NCBI GenBank assembly: GCA_963693365.1
Contig: CAVNZM010000007.1
Span: 1,349,979-1,413,978 of the forward strand
Direction of reading: 5' to 3'
DNA from: Amoebidium appalachense
Lineage: Eukaryota; Protista; Ichthyosporea
DNA: 64,000 bases
Below, in pieces: positions 26,266 through 39,450 of the stretch. A program made the position numbers and the translations under genes. The notes below the pieces were generated by a model that did not search any database, was not told where the DNA came from, and saw nothing but the letters and a program-made list of their open reading frames with translations. Position 1 is the stretch's first letter, and every line of letters starts with the position of its first letter.

Positions 26266-26440
26266 CACATACACTGTGCCACATACCAGCTGATATTTGA
26301 GTGAACGTTCCAAGCCTAAAGGGAATCCCTCCTCCGGGAGTCCCCCCTTCCCCCCAGCTTCCCCCCCCCCCTCCCTCCCCCCACAAAAAAAAGGTGTGTG
26401 TGTGGGAGGGGGGAGGGGGGAAGGGGGGGAAGGGGGGGAA

Positions 26441-26492
<52 letters not shown>

Positions 26493-26910
26493 GGGAGGGG
26501 GAAGGGGGGAGGGGGGGGAGGGGGGGGGACCGATAACCTACATAAATGATTTGTATGGTGTGGCATAGTTAAACCGTTTCGCGAAATAATAAACAACACC
26601 CAATATCCATGTACCTGATATAACGCTGTGTCGATCACGATATACCGAGGAAAACATGGCCCCTCCCCTCCCTCCCCCCCCCCCACCCCGGTTTGGTCCC
26701 TCCCCCCTCCCTCCCCCCACCCCCCCCCCACCCCCACCCCCCGATGGCCATATCTGAAATTGGTTTCTGCGCCTCAAATAAACAGTGTCAACTTGTAGTA
26801 ACAACGGCATTAAGATAACCTTATGTTTATACCTACATTCAATTTTGGAGGATCCAGAGGGGATGAGGTAAGTGGTGTATGAGGGGGACCAGGGAGAGTA
26901 TCCTGAGTCC

Positions 26911-26944
<34 letters not shown>

Positions 26945-29058
26945 TTCCCCCTCCTCTCTCCCCCCCACCCGACCCCTCCCCAACCCACTGAACCACCCAT
27001 CACCACCACTTCAACAAAAAGAAAAGAACTCTGAGGAATGTTCAACCCCTGTACAGTATCCAATCATTAGTCCAAACACATTTTTGCGCAATTTTGCTCA
27101 GGGAAAAATTAGTGCTGAAACCCTGCCCCTTGAGTTCTTTGCCCCTTGAATCAAGCACCCATCCAGCTGTAGAGAAAAGGAATAAATTAGGAAGACTTTG
27201 GAGGTGAAAAAGGAAACCCAGATGAAAAGGAACCTCAGATATTTACCCGTATTTTTCTGTTATTCTCCTATGGTGAATGGAAGCGGCTCCACGGTGTATG
27301 GGTGGGTGGGTAGGCTATTTTCCGTGCTTTTTTCTTTCTTTCTTTTTTTGGGGGGGAGGGGGGAGAGGGGGGAGGGGGGTTGTTTGAGATGGGGGGATGA
27401 AGGCATTGTAGTCGTGGCAGTGATCACATTATGTGTATACCTGTGCGTGTTTGTACAGATGGGGGGGGGGGGGGGGGGGGGGGATCAGGGGATGTTTAAC
27501 GGCATTGTGGCAGTGGTAGAGTGTGTGTGTGGTGGGTTCCCTAGGGGGAAGGGGAAGGGGGGGGGGGGGGGGGGGGGGGGGAGGGGGGATTTGTTGTGGT
27601 GAGAGTAGTTGCCGGGCTGCAATGTGTACAGGTGAGGAACGGCTAGAGAGGGTGTATGTGTGTGTGTGTGGGGTGGGGGTAGAGGGTGGGTGGGGGGGGG
27701 GGGGGGGAGGAAAAGGGGAGGGGGGGATAAGATTGGGAGATGAAGACATTGTAGTCGTGGTAGTGATCATGTTGTGTGTGTGTATACCTGTGGGTGTTTG
27801 TGCAGGTGGAAGGGACGGGGAGGGGTGATAGAGGATGTTCGTTGTGGCAGAGGTAAATTGTGTGAGGAGGGTTCCCCGGGGGGGAGGGGAAAGGTCGGGG
27901 GGAGGGGGGGGTGAAGGGGATGGTGGTGTTGGTGAGGAGGGGTAGTGGAAAGGAGGGGGAAGGGGATGGGGGGGATGGGGGGGAGGGCGGGGGAGGGGGG
28001 GGGGGGGATGGTGGCGGTGGTGATGATGGTGGTAGTAGGGAGGAGGAGGCTCTAGAGGGGAGCGGCAAGCCGGGGAAAGGGGGGAGGGGGGGGGGGGGGA
28101 GGGGGGGGGGAAGGGGCAGGAGGATGGGGAGGTTATTTGTGGTGGTGAGTGTAGTCACTGTTGCCGGGCTGCGGTGTGTAGAGGTGAGAAAACAGGTAGG
28201 GAGCGCTGGGGGGGGGGGAGGGGGAGAGAGAGAGAGAGAGGAGGGGGGGGGGAAAGGCGAGGGGGGGGGGGGGGAGGAGGGGGAGAAGAAGGGCATCCCA
28301 ACCTCCTGTTCCATTCCAAACAGGCAGTTATTGCATCCCGTAAGGTGGTAATGTGCTAATTTGTTGGTGGAATGCCCGCGGAACACATATGAAACACGAG
28401 CGGACACACAAAATGAGATATTGTGCTGGGGATGCATGTGTGTGCTTCTGGGGGAATGGGTAGGAGATGGAGGAAGTGCGGGTGGAGGGGGAAGGGAACG
28501 GAGAGAGCCTAAAGCTATGAGGTACACAATGTCATAGCAGTCTACAACAGAAACCACATCGCACATAAGCTCCCCCTGCCCCCCCCCACCCCCCCGCCCC
28601 ACCCCTCCCCCCTCTCCCCTCCCCCTCTCCCCTTGCTCCCCCCTCCCCTCCCCTCCCCCCCCCCCTCCCCCCCCCCCAAAAAAAAAACAAATAGCATCAC
28701 ACACCACCACCACCACCACTTAACTTCTCCCCGGCCCACACCCTCCACCTGACCCACCATGCCCCCAAGTCTTCACCTTAAATTTACTTTCGGATGGTTT
28801 AAGGGACAGATATCGAATACACATACTAATGTTTAATGCATCTTACATGTATACTCTGCAATTATTTCCCAGGCGCCATTTTCAGTTTCGATGTTTCTTT
28901 TTTCTTTCTTTCTTCTCGTTTCTTTTCCCCATTTTTTTTGCTTCTTACTTTCTTTTTTTCGTTTCTTTTTTTTTTTTTTTGATTTGTGTTGTGTGGTGTG
29001 TGCATATGTGAAGCGCGTGAAATACCCCCGTGGATGTGCTTCACGTGTGTTTTTGTGT

Positions 29059-29090
<32 letters not shown>

Positions 29091-30395
29091 TGTGTGTGTG
29101 TGAGGGGGAGGAGGGGCGGGAAGGGGGGAGGAGGAGGGGGGAGAGGAGGGTGGGGGGGAGGGGGGGGGGGGAGAAATAGGGGGGCGCTGTGTATATGGTC
29201 AGACGAGCCTGTGTATGTACGTGTATGTGCTCATGCCTGTATGCACAAGATTTCCGCGCTTATGCACATGTAGGCACAGGTGCACGAAGTGTCCACGTGC
29301 GCATGCGCATGTGAGGGTGATTACATATGCGCATATGAAAGTGTGTGCTTTGGGCTACCAATATGCAACCCTTTACCCTTTCATATTTTCATACAGTTAT
29401 CTGTCCTTGCAAAGCGCAAGGAAAGGGGGGCAGAATTTGGGAAGATGTACTAAAGGGCAAGCGTGTTTGTGTGTGTGTATGGGGTGGGGGGGAGCGTGGG
29501 GTAGAGGAGGGAGAGCCGGGGGGGGAGGGGGGGGGGAGGGCGGGGGGGGGGGGGGGGGGAGAAGGTGGGGGGAGGAGGAGGGAGGGAAGGGTAGAGATAC
29601 GAACCCCCTCCCCCAAGAAAAGGGGAGGTTGATAAAGAGCAAGAGGAGGGAGGTAAGGGACTAATCGATATTGACACGAAGCTAAAACTGTGTGTTCTAT
29701 GAACCAAGGGCAGCTGTGTAGTTCTGAGGCCATATGTGGATACTCGAGCTGAGCTGCCTGATGCAAACGAATCAAACTTTATCGCACATCAGTGTATGCC
29801 AGTCACTCCTATGACTGAATCAGCGAGATCAGACAGTCAGTAGCCGCAGCGCAATACACACGGGCCACAGGTCGAGGCATAACCCGTGGCCATAGGAAAA
29901 GTATAAGCACGCACACTGCGGCATAATCGAAAACCAACTCGACCCAACACAACAGAACGCTTGCTTGTATTACCGGGGGAAAGACGGGGAGGGGGGAGGG
30001 GCATGAGAGGGGGGGGGGGGGGGGGGGGGGGAGGGAGGGAGGGGGGGGAGGGGAGGGCCGGGCCACGGGACCCCGGAGGAACAGAAGGAGGAAGAGGGGG
30101 GTGGGGGAGGGAGAGAGAGAGAGAGGGAAGAGGGGAAGAGAGGAGAGGAGGAGAGGAGAGGAGGAAGGGGGACGGGAGGCAGGAGGAGGCGGGAGGGGGG
30201 GGGGGGGGGGGGGAGGGGAGAGAGAGAGAATACGGGAAAGAATATGCACACACTCTCATAAAGGGTTCAAAAAGGTTGCATGTGGCAGCAAAATTCTGAA
30301 ACACTGCACGGTTGTTGCTGCAAGCCAGGCACATGGCCGCGGTCCCACTCACTGAGGTGTTTAAAAGCTTAATGGGTTAAGGTTTAAACGGTCTG

Positions 30396-33300
30396 TTTTT
30401 TTATTTTTTATTTTTTTTATTTTTTATTTTATTTTATCACGTTTTGTTCCCGGAGGCCTTTTCAGGCCCTCTAGGGAAACTACCGTCTACCACACAGCAC
30501 CGACAGTACACTAGTTAAGGTGCTATCTATGAGTTCAGCTAAGCTAAACCATCCTTCACAACCTAACTATAAGTACACACTTTGCCCAGGGCTACTACCC
30601 CAGCCACGCCGGCAGGAGGCTCCAGTCCTCCCCTCCATTCAAAAACCTAGCAATAAACGTTAACCGAGGGCTCTCATTTGTCGATCTACAGTATTGGGAA
30701 GTCCTAGGTGTTGTGTATAATATTTACGGTGGGTATGGGTGGATGATGGGGTGTGGTGGTGGTGGTGGTGGGGGGTTGCTGCCTAACATTATGTGTTGGT
30801 GTACGTATGTTGTGGCGATGTTTTTGTGGACTAAAAGGTGGGTTTTACAGGGCACACCGGGTCTGTGGGTGTTCCGGCATTCAGAACAGGCCGGCCGGGT
30901 GTGTGTGGGGGGTGTATTTGTTGGTTTTTTGGGTTTTTGGAGAGCCATACTTTTCTTTCTACGGGTGGTGGGTATATGGTGGTGTTTTTGCATTTTAGGG
31001 TGGGTGGGGGGGAGTGTTGTGTTCCGTGGGTGCCAAATTTTTGCAAAGAAAAAGGATTGCAACTCTACTGTGATTTTTCCTAAGATGGCCCGGGTGGTGG
31101 TCTTGGTGGTGCCGGTGGCTGCAAGTAGTGGGCCCACCGATCGTGGGCAGAATCCCCGTTCGACCCACTTGGTGTCTTCGGGGTCAGGTGGGTCACCGTT
31201 GCCTCCTATCCAGTTTATCCATGCACATTGGTCTACCACCGTGGCTGCCGTATGGTGGTGCTGTGCCGTGGGGGTGTTTGGATGACGAGTGTGCAGGACG
31301 TTGTGGATGCAGGCTGTGATGGCGGTGGTCAGGGTGGGGACTTCCCCGGCATGGGCCGGGCAGGCCCAGAGGTGGGTGGTGGTCTCAGGGTGCTGGCTGC
31401 ACCGGGGGCATGTGGGCTGTGTAACGACGGTGGGGTGATCTCGGTGTAGCCGTGCCATGGTAGGCAGGGTGCCCATGGCCAGGGACAGGCTACGAGTGTT
31501 TCCTCTGACTGCCCCGATGGTTGCCTGTGTGGGCCCCTTGTTGAGCTTGAGGGGGTTCCGTTCGGCTGGGAGCAGTCTGGGGTCGGCTAGTATGGACATA
31601 GCCTTGGTCTTGCCGGCCATGTCGGTGAGGAAGTCCTTGTTCAACCGGTTCAGTGTACCGGGAATGTTGCCGGGGATACGGTGGCCTTGTAGTCGTAGGA
31701 AGTATTTCCCCCCCCCCCCGGGGCCGGAGGTAGGGGGGGGGGGAGGGGGAGGACTCTTCCTGCATTGGCTGCCTTGTCTGCCTCGTTATTCCGTTGACCG
31801 TACCGTTTGGTGTTGGATTGGTGCCCCTTCACCCACGATACCTGTACAGAGCCTGGTTGCCGGAGAGAGAGTTGGTCTCGTACGTGAGCCCATTCCACTA
31901 TGTGGGGGAACTTTAGCTTGCGTCGAGGGGGTGTGGTGGGGTCTATATTTGCCGTCCATCGGTCGACTACTCCGAGGTTATCGAGCTTGATGTGGATGGG
32001 GGTGGTGGTGGGGGTGAGCAGGAGGGCTAGTAGTACCCTTGTGAGTTCGGCTTGGGTGGATGATAGGGCCGTATGGAGCCTGGTCTTGGCCGTCACTGGA
32101 GGTGCTTTCCGGTCCGGGGTGTCCAGTGCCGCCCCGGCTCCGGCCTGGGCTATCCTCCTGCCCGGGTGGATGAGGCTGCCGTCCGTATAAACGGTGATCG
32201 GTTGGTCTGGGGGGATCAGGGTGATTTGCTGCTGCCACTCGTCATAGGTGGCCTGGGGCACCAAGTCGGTGTAGGTGAGCCTACGGGGAGTGGGTGGGCT
32301 CGGCAGGTCAGCCGGGTGGGCCGTGCACTTGTGTCCTGGTGGTGACCCTACCGGTGGTGGCTGCTGGGGGGGGGTGGGCCGGGGAGGTCCCCCGGTAAGG
32401 GTGTGGCTTCCTCGTTGGCTTGCAGGTGGAGCATCTGGGGTGATGCCTGTTGGTGGGGGGGAAGATGCCGCCGGAAATGGTGTATCTTCCTCCACTGCTC
32501 GGCCGGATCGGAGCCATCCTTCAGTGCGATGACTTGGTAGATGTCGATACTGTCGGTGTTGATGAAGTCCTTGTGGTACTTCGGGACTACCATGTGGGTG
32601 GTGATTCGGGTCTTGAAGGCCACGTAGGGGTCTGCCCGTATCACCTCCACAGCACGGGTCCACCCCACACACTGCTTGTTGTGGGTGTGATTATCGGCTG
32701 GGGGCTCAGGGGGCTCGTATTTGCTGTTGGTGCTGTCGGTGTTAGAGTCCTCTGAGTCGTCGGAGTCGTCGCTGGGCCCCGTCGACTCCGATTCTGGCTC
32801 CGTGTCTAACCCTTCCCCCTCTCCGTCTGCGTACCCGGGGTTGGGGGAGAGGGTGGCCGGGGTGTAGGCTAGGTTCCATGGGGAGTGGCCGTATTTGCAG
32901 TCACCAGGGCAAAAGCGGAAATGGGCTGTTCCATGTGGGTCGTTCCACGTGGGTCGGTGCCATCTCAGCCCCTCCTCCTCTGTGTTGTCCCGTAGATGGG
33001 CTATTTTGACCCAAGCCTCCCCGTTGTGGGTGGTGTGGGCCACCACCTGGCTGAGTTCGTATTGCCCGTTCTTGACTATTTCCACCACGAATGCACCGAC
33101 GGGGTGGTTTGGCACGAGGTCAATGGTGTGGTGGGTGTGTGGTCTGGGTGCTGGCCGTAGTTTGTCTGCGATGGGGATGGCCCCCTTGATGATGGACCTG
33201 TACCACTGTGTAGCTCCCGGGTGTAGTAGGTCTGGGGGGTGGGGCAGTTCGGGGAACGCCCGGAACACCCCCGGCCGTACCATGGTGTCCTCCACCGTGT

Positions 33301-34321
33301 AGAGTTGACGGGGGTGTGTGTGGGGGCCGATGTGGGCCGCAAAGGTGTGGTCCGGGAAAACGGTGTTGATAGGGGTGCTGGTTGTTGTTGCTGCTTCCCC
33401 TCCTTCTCCTTGGGGGGAGGGGGGGGGGTGGGGTGGGGGTGCTTGTGTTTTTTGGGGAGGGGTTTCCCCAATACTCAGGTGCCGCTCGTGAAGGATCCCC
33501 GTGATATGGGCCCAATAGTTGTGGAGCTGCTTTCCCCCTAGCCTGTAAAGTTTGGCTGGGGGTGCTTGCAGGGGTGGGTAGGGTAGGCCTGTCACGTGTT
33601 GCTGCTGCCAGGCTCGGTACCGGACCACGTCCCCTGCTGGTCCTGGTGTTTCCAGCAGGGCACACAGCTCCGTAACCATGGTGCTGGCTGCTGATTCGAC
33701 GATGCTGGCCAGTCCCCCTAGAGTGGGATGGTGTAGCAGCCCGGACGGGGTGCTCCGGTGGAAACCACACTTCCGACGGAGTAGGTCTCTCCACTTGCTG
33801 TCGATTGCCTGCATGGTGGTGTTGCTGATGACTGACCCTTTGAGGAGGAAGAGGATGGCCGGGGCCACCACACTGTTGGCTACGTAGATCACTTGGCTGG
33901 CTGCCAGCATTTTACGGGCTAGTATGGTGGTGGCCCGTAATGTCAGCTGCATGGCCTTCCCATCGTTGGGCCGGGTGTGTCGTTGGAGGGTGATGTTGAC
34001 CCCTAGCACTCTGATGTTTGCATCGGGGAGCTCGATCTGAATGGGTAGGGGTGGTGCTCCCGGGGATTTGCGGTACTGCATGGGGGCCACTGTTGCCCGT
34101 GTTGGGGTACCACGGGCGAGGACTGAAAACTTGTCTGGGTGTGGTTCCAAGTCATGGTAATAAAAAAAGGGGGCAGATAAATCGAGAGTTTGCTGGATGC
34201 TCTCCTTGTTGGGGCCAAACCATGTTGTGTCGTCGGCGAAAGCTACAGACGTCACACACGGGGGTGTTTGTGCCGGTGTGTGGTGCTGTGTCTGTGGGGG
34301 TAGGTGGAAAGTGTACCCCTT
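30396..34321 (-). mobile_element. 5'-truncated non-LTR retrotransposon (RT C-terminal part, RNase H, CCHC-type zinc finger, 3'UTR, A-rich tail)
   Basis: FADD RT motif (~34230); RNase H YTDGS...AEL...LDN...WVKGH...NNEADKAA; CPRC...ETTTHLWACP; (TAAAA)-type tail 30396-30437; exact 16-bp TSD aggtttaaacggtctg at 30380-30395 and 34322-34337. The three ORF pieces join through frameshifts in homopolymers (~32370, ~31712). Confidence 0.95.
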
Positions 34322-34568
34322 AGGTTTAAACGGTCTGCATAGCCTTTTCTTTTTTTGTTATACTTAAACAATTTGAAATGCCTTTTTATTTGAAAATACG
34401 AAATCGTTGGTGCTCAGCCAATCCTATTAGACCGTCGGACTCAGTTATAGATATGCAGAGTGTATATTGATGATCAATATTAACTTAATACTTGAGCCAC
34501 CTCTGTCTTATTACACGATTTGAATCATGAACCATTCATATAAAATAAATTTGCGCATTATTCTGGAT

Positions 34569-36703
34569 TTAGCTAAACACCCAGCGGCCAGCCGCCAAGG
34601 AGAACCCAAATGCAAGTACAAAGCTTGATATAACGGGTGCCATAGCCAACCCTTTTGCCTGTGCACTAACACCACTGCCAACGACACCGAATGTCGAAAC
34701 TGTGCCGTTTGCACTATCATTTGTGGCTGAACGGGATGAAATCACGTGATTTTCTGTTTCGATGGTGACAATGGCATCACGGCGACGTGATGGAACAGTA
34801 TAAGAAACACGGAATGTAAGTCTAAAGTTAAGCTTGACTACACCACCAGCGCCTGGTCTCTGTGCCGGGGACGACAGAATATCGTCGTTTATATTTTGTC
34901 TTATCCAGAAGGCCTTGTAGTCGCTTGATGTTTCCCCAACAACAGAAGATGACTGCATGCCGAGCCAGGTTTCACCCGTTTCATACCCTTGCTGGAACAC
35001 ATCAACAGGATCGGGGACAAATGCAGGGTCCTCGTTCAACGGCCGTGGTTTGAACCCAGCACCAGTCTTCACAGACACAAACCCTGAGTCGTCAAAGGTG
35101 CCACCAGCGGTGCCCGTGACTTTCTTTTCGATGTCGAGAAGGTCTATGGCGGCCAGCGTGGGCCCCAGGGAGTGGAGGTCGAGGCGGAAGTAAGTAGGGT
35201 GTTGGTACTCCCAGGCAGTCTGATGAGTCGTTGTTGTTTTCCGGTCATTCAGAAGATTGCCACGAGGGGCGATAAAACGAAGTACTTCGACGGCGTTATT
35301 CAGCTTGTAGTTGTTGGCGTCCTTCGTGCAGAAGTTATCCGAGTTGATGGTGATGGAGATGGTGGAAGTTGAGTCTTCGGTTTGTAGGGGACAGTCGGTT
35401 GGGTCGACCAAGTCAGTTGTACACCCGATGAAGATTTCCTGCACGTGGAACAACATTATGTAAGCACAATGAGCCTAGCTGCGCTGTTACAGTAAGAAGA
35501 AAGCTCCATTGAAGTAAAAATGTCTGTCTTTCCAAGTTTATGAAAGGAGTTTGTACAACATGTCAGCTGATAATAACAAAAAATAATACTGTAACAGAAC
35601 ATGCCATATATGCTTCAAAGCATTACCTCAATCGTATATGTTCCGTCCAGCTCACACACACGGCTGGCGTCCAAAGGATCGGTGTAGTCATGGTCAAATT
35701 TCAGCGTCAAAGTCTGAACACATGTTTTTGCCGAGCCAGCATAGTCTGCTCCATTGCATCCTGTGGCGACGGTGTAGGCTCCAGAGGTGGTACTCGGGGA
35801 CACAACAGTAGCTAACCCAGTGGCTATCTTGGAACCAACGCTGCTGGTCAACACGGTCTTGACCTTCTTGACCTCGTAAGGGTAGTGAGTGGCATACTTG
35901 AGGTTGAGAAGGGTGAAGCGCTGGTTGGCCTGTGTTAGAGCTTGACCGACTACTGCTGAGGTGAGCTGGAAGATGGAATATACACTCATCTGCGTTGCGT
36001 CCGTTATTGTCGTGTCGAACTGGGCCAGAAGTTTAAAGTTGAGGGGCACAACGCTGTCCACAACGCGCGTTTCTGTCACAGGGTCACTTACATCCCCAAA
36101 GGTGACGAGCTCGCTGTATTGCACCCGAAGTTCGCCGGCGTAGTTTTGGTAATACTTCCCTTCAAAAAGTTCTGGAGGGTTTGCGGTGACAAATCCGCAT
36201 CCCCCATTAGCAGAGCTCTTGGCTAAGATGTCATACTTGACGGCAATCGTGACTTTGTCCGTGCAGGTTCCTGCTGCAGCATCTGTTGATGTTGTTGAAG
36301 ATTCAAGAACAGAGAACATGGTTGAGGGGCAATCTTTCAGGGCAAAGGAGAGCCATTTGCGTGTCTTCGTGGTATCGGCCGTCATGGCAAATATGACGTC
36401 GTATTCACCATTCTGCTCCACCCCTTGAACGCTGCCGCTGGGAACTTGAAGATTGGCAGTCACGGTGACAGCAGGCTGTGTGTCGGCGGAAATAGCCGCA
36501 AGACAGGTGCCCACGGCGCAAGAGTGGTCGCTAACTTGGTAGTAGTAGCCAGAGTCGCATACGCACACATCCGTGTTGGTGTTGTAGGTAAGCACGTTGC
36601 CAGGTGTTACGACGGAGTTGGTATCTTGGCACCGAGGAGGGTCGGCGAAAACAACAGGCGCCAGCCCTAGAAGGGTTGCGGCCAGGAAAAAGGCACCGAG
36701 CAT
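34569..36703 (-). CDS. Secreted, probably membrane/GPI-anchored surface protein, 648 aa, 2 exons (36703-35627, 35438-34569), ZP-module-like (paralog B)
   Basis: Signal peptide MLGAFFLAATLLGLAPVVFA; phase-0 intron GAG|GTAATG...GTGCAG|GAA restores colinearity with paralog A; shared motifs CVCDSG, SFALKxC, GCGF, PxNFKL, RVCELDGTYT, DCPLQT, NSDNFC, THQxAWExxxPTYFRxDL, RRR, hydrophobic tail. Confidence 0.9.
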
Positions 36704-36809
36704 TCTCTCAGATGGACAACAACAGAGTGGAAGGATTTATGGTCTGTTAGGCGATGTGTGTTTTAGACTCTGCTGCGCCCGTCTGACGACAAAGTGACCA
36801 GAAACGCGG

Positions 36810-36816
36810 TTTTATA
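36810..36816 (-). promoter_or_regulatory. Candidate TATA box of paralog B
   Basis: TATAAAA on the minus strand about 107 bp upstream of the ATG at 36703. Confidence 0.4.
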
Positions 36817-38199
36817 CCCTTGGAGGCTGCGAAAATGGGTGTAAATAAATAGACTAAAATATTTGCATGACATTATTCCAATCCAATAGCTTAGTCACGT
36901 GAATTCAAGATTCATCCACTCATGTTCACGTATTACAGACCAAATGTAGCTTCTGAGTGTCTTTCTCGACTTCCATTTGCCATGTTGTGAACCCTTTATG
37001 ATTGGTTGCCTTTTTCGCATCTTCAATTGGCCCGGAACGCACCTTTGGAGAAAGTAACGACATCGCGGCCTTCGCTCTTTCGGTTGCCGACCAACTTGCT
37101 TTGGAGCAAACGATGCAATAGAATTCGAAAGCGGCGGAAGGGCGTATTGCGTCATGAAATACACGCCATAATGTACCGTGGGTAAATATGAACACGTGTA
37201 AATTCACATGCTCGAGCTTTCCACACGGATCCAGGTCCAACTCAAGCAAAATTTGGCGAATGGCCGGTCTCAATATTAAAGGGGTTTGTGCACTTTGTAT
37301 TGCTGCGGACATCGTCAGGGGCCCAGCCTCACTTGACGGCCTACTGCGTTTTCCAGCGCAGCCAATCAAATGCAGCTAGTGACTTATGTACACTGTATGC
37401 AATAAAAACAACCCTAGTATAGATTATGGATAAGCAGAAGCTAGCATTGGTAGCTCCGAGAGAAAGTAAAGACACCGTATCACAATATATCATACTGTGC
37501 AGCATTCAAGTTAATAAGGTGATCGATCTAACACGGTCATTTTATATTAACGGATATACTGGGGGAGAGAAGTAGAAAAGAGAATAAAGCCGCCCATAAC
37601 CTCCGGTTGTACCACATTAGCTAACAGGTCACACTTATTGATAGATATATGCATCCGCGAGTAAACCGCCCCCCACACATATTACACATACGAGCAGGAG
37701 ACACCAAAAACCGATTACAACGCCAAGACATAATCATCTTTGCATATTTATACGACACAACATTATGAATAAACGAATCTGAGAGAAAACTACCTTCTCA
37801 CACGTAGCAGAGTCTGCACTAACACAAGTAGAGTGTATAGCAGTTGCACACACACACACGGAGGTGATCAGTCTCTATATGGGTGCAATATACTACCTAC
37901 TAAGTGTGTACTTAATCGGGCTGCATGCACTATCACCTAAGTATCACACAAGTGTCCACACAGTGCTCGGAGAGTCTGTTGCAACTGAATTATTGTTATA
38001 ACTCCCAATTTTATTATGTTACATGTGCGGGTTTATATACTCCGCCGTGATCCAGTCACCATCCATCCAGGATGGCATCCGGGATGACTACGTAATCCCT
38101 AGATCTGGATGGTGCGTTCCTAATTATCATATGGCAGTTAGATATCACAATTCATCCTAGGAATCACACGATCGATCACCCAGCCATCACACGAAAACA

Positions 38200-39450
38200 C
38201 GCGTACACCACTGCAGGATGGGTAACGGGAGACTAACTGCCAAACCACATCTGGGGTAAAGTGTGCCCCCAGTTCAGCCCCAAACTCAGCCGGCCCCGCT
38301 GGCCACGCCGTGTGTGGGGGTGGTGGTGTGTCGGTGGGTGGAACAAAAACAGGAGGGGGCGCCTGCCCCAGAACGGGTTGGTGCAATGGTAAGATCTCTG
38401 CGTGTCAAGCTCAAAGTCGCAGGATCGATCCTGGTTACTTCCGATTTTTCTGCCTCGACGGTCCACCGGTCTGGCCGCCCCCTAGAAGCCATCACCCCAG
38501 ACCACGTCAAGCAGCACCACCAATTTGTTATCATCCGGCCGCAAGACATGACGTCATGAACAGCACCGGCCCTCTGACGTCGACGGCGCGCCGCTTGGGC
38601 ATCCCAGCCCAACGTTCAAGTGGGAGACCAATCCGAGTCACCGGCCACGGTTCGGGTCAGCGTCCTGGGCATGGGGTCTTCCCCTTTCAAGTCTTTATGT
38701 TTGTGTGTGTCCCGGGTCGCTCCCGGCTGGTGTTGTTAAAGTGAGCTGTGCTCACTTCCCCACTAGCGTTGCTGCGGCTAGAACCGTGGGATAAGGCGTA
38801 ACTAAAAATAGTGCCAGTTGGGGTCAAATAGGATCCTGACTTATGAGTGTGCTATACAGTACGATCTGTGTCTAGGCGGAAGACGGTAAGCTCTTCTGAG
38901 GCAGTGCCTCGCCGGGAGTGAAACGGGATAAAATAAAAAAAAAAGCCTGCCCCAGATCCGTGGCCGTACAGGTCGGGTTACGTTTAAACAGGGTGATGTA
39001 AAAGGAATCGGTTGCAGCCATTCGAATCGAATGATTGCCGCGATCAATCTTCCGAATATTACCCAATAGCATGTGATACGGTAGAGGCTTATGTAAGGCA
39101 GCCTCCGCTCGAGGGCCCCGAGTGTGTGTAGTTCATGCTTGTGGGTAAACTTGGGCACCTAAACCGGCATATTCACCGACGTCCCACAAGGTTTCGCGTA
39201 CTGTGGACCATACTCTATCGATGAAGGTCTGGTCGCTTCGTAGCGGGGCTTGGCGTCCATCACGCACAAGCGACAATAGACTCGGTTGCACCGTCTGGAA
39301 AAAGAAGTGAGTGTCTGCTTGGCCGCGCTCACTTCTAAGTTCGCGTACGTTAAGTCTGTAAGTGTGTTGTGGTGACAGCGTAGAAAGGCTAAGTGTAGTG
39401 AAAAAAACTATAGGTAGGTGGTCTGACGGTGGTGGGTGTAGGTTGTCGTG
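38200..39450 (-). mobile_element. Degenerate fragment of another non-LTR retrotransposon ORF2 (end of APE endonuclease to start of RT), interrupted by a SINE
   Basis: SDHLP (APE C-terminal SDHxP motif) in ORF 39133-39678; one stop; frame continues ...TDLGQA|PPPVF... across the SINE TSD to FTPDVVWQLVSRYP, resembling RT domain 0. Confidence 0.55.
38373..38944 (+). mobile_element. Full-length tRNA-derived SINE (~570 bp)
   Basis: Head with A-box-like TGGTGCAATGG, GTC anticodon-like loop, B-box-like CAGG-ATCGAT-CCTG stem-loop; 3' stem-loop gaggc-agt-gcctc and A tail; 12-bp TSD gcctgccccaga at 38361-38372 and 38945-38956. Confidence 0.9.

Noticed and set aside
26570-30355. Non-repetitive patches (26570-27290, 28320-28560, 29700-29970, 30250-30355) that look like exons
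   Set aside because: Stops in the plausible frames and no recognisable motif; possibly decayed genes but unsupported.
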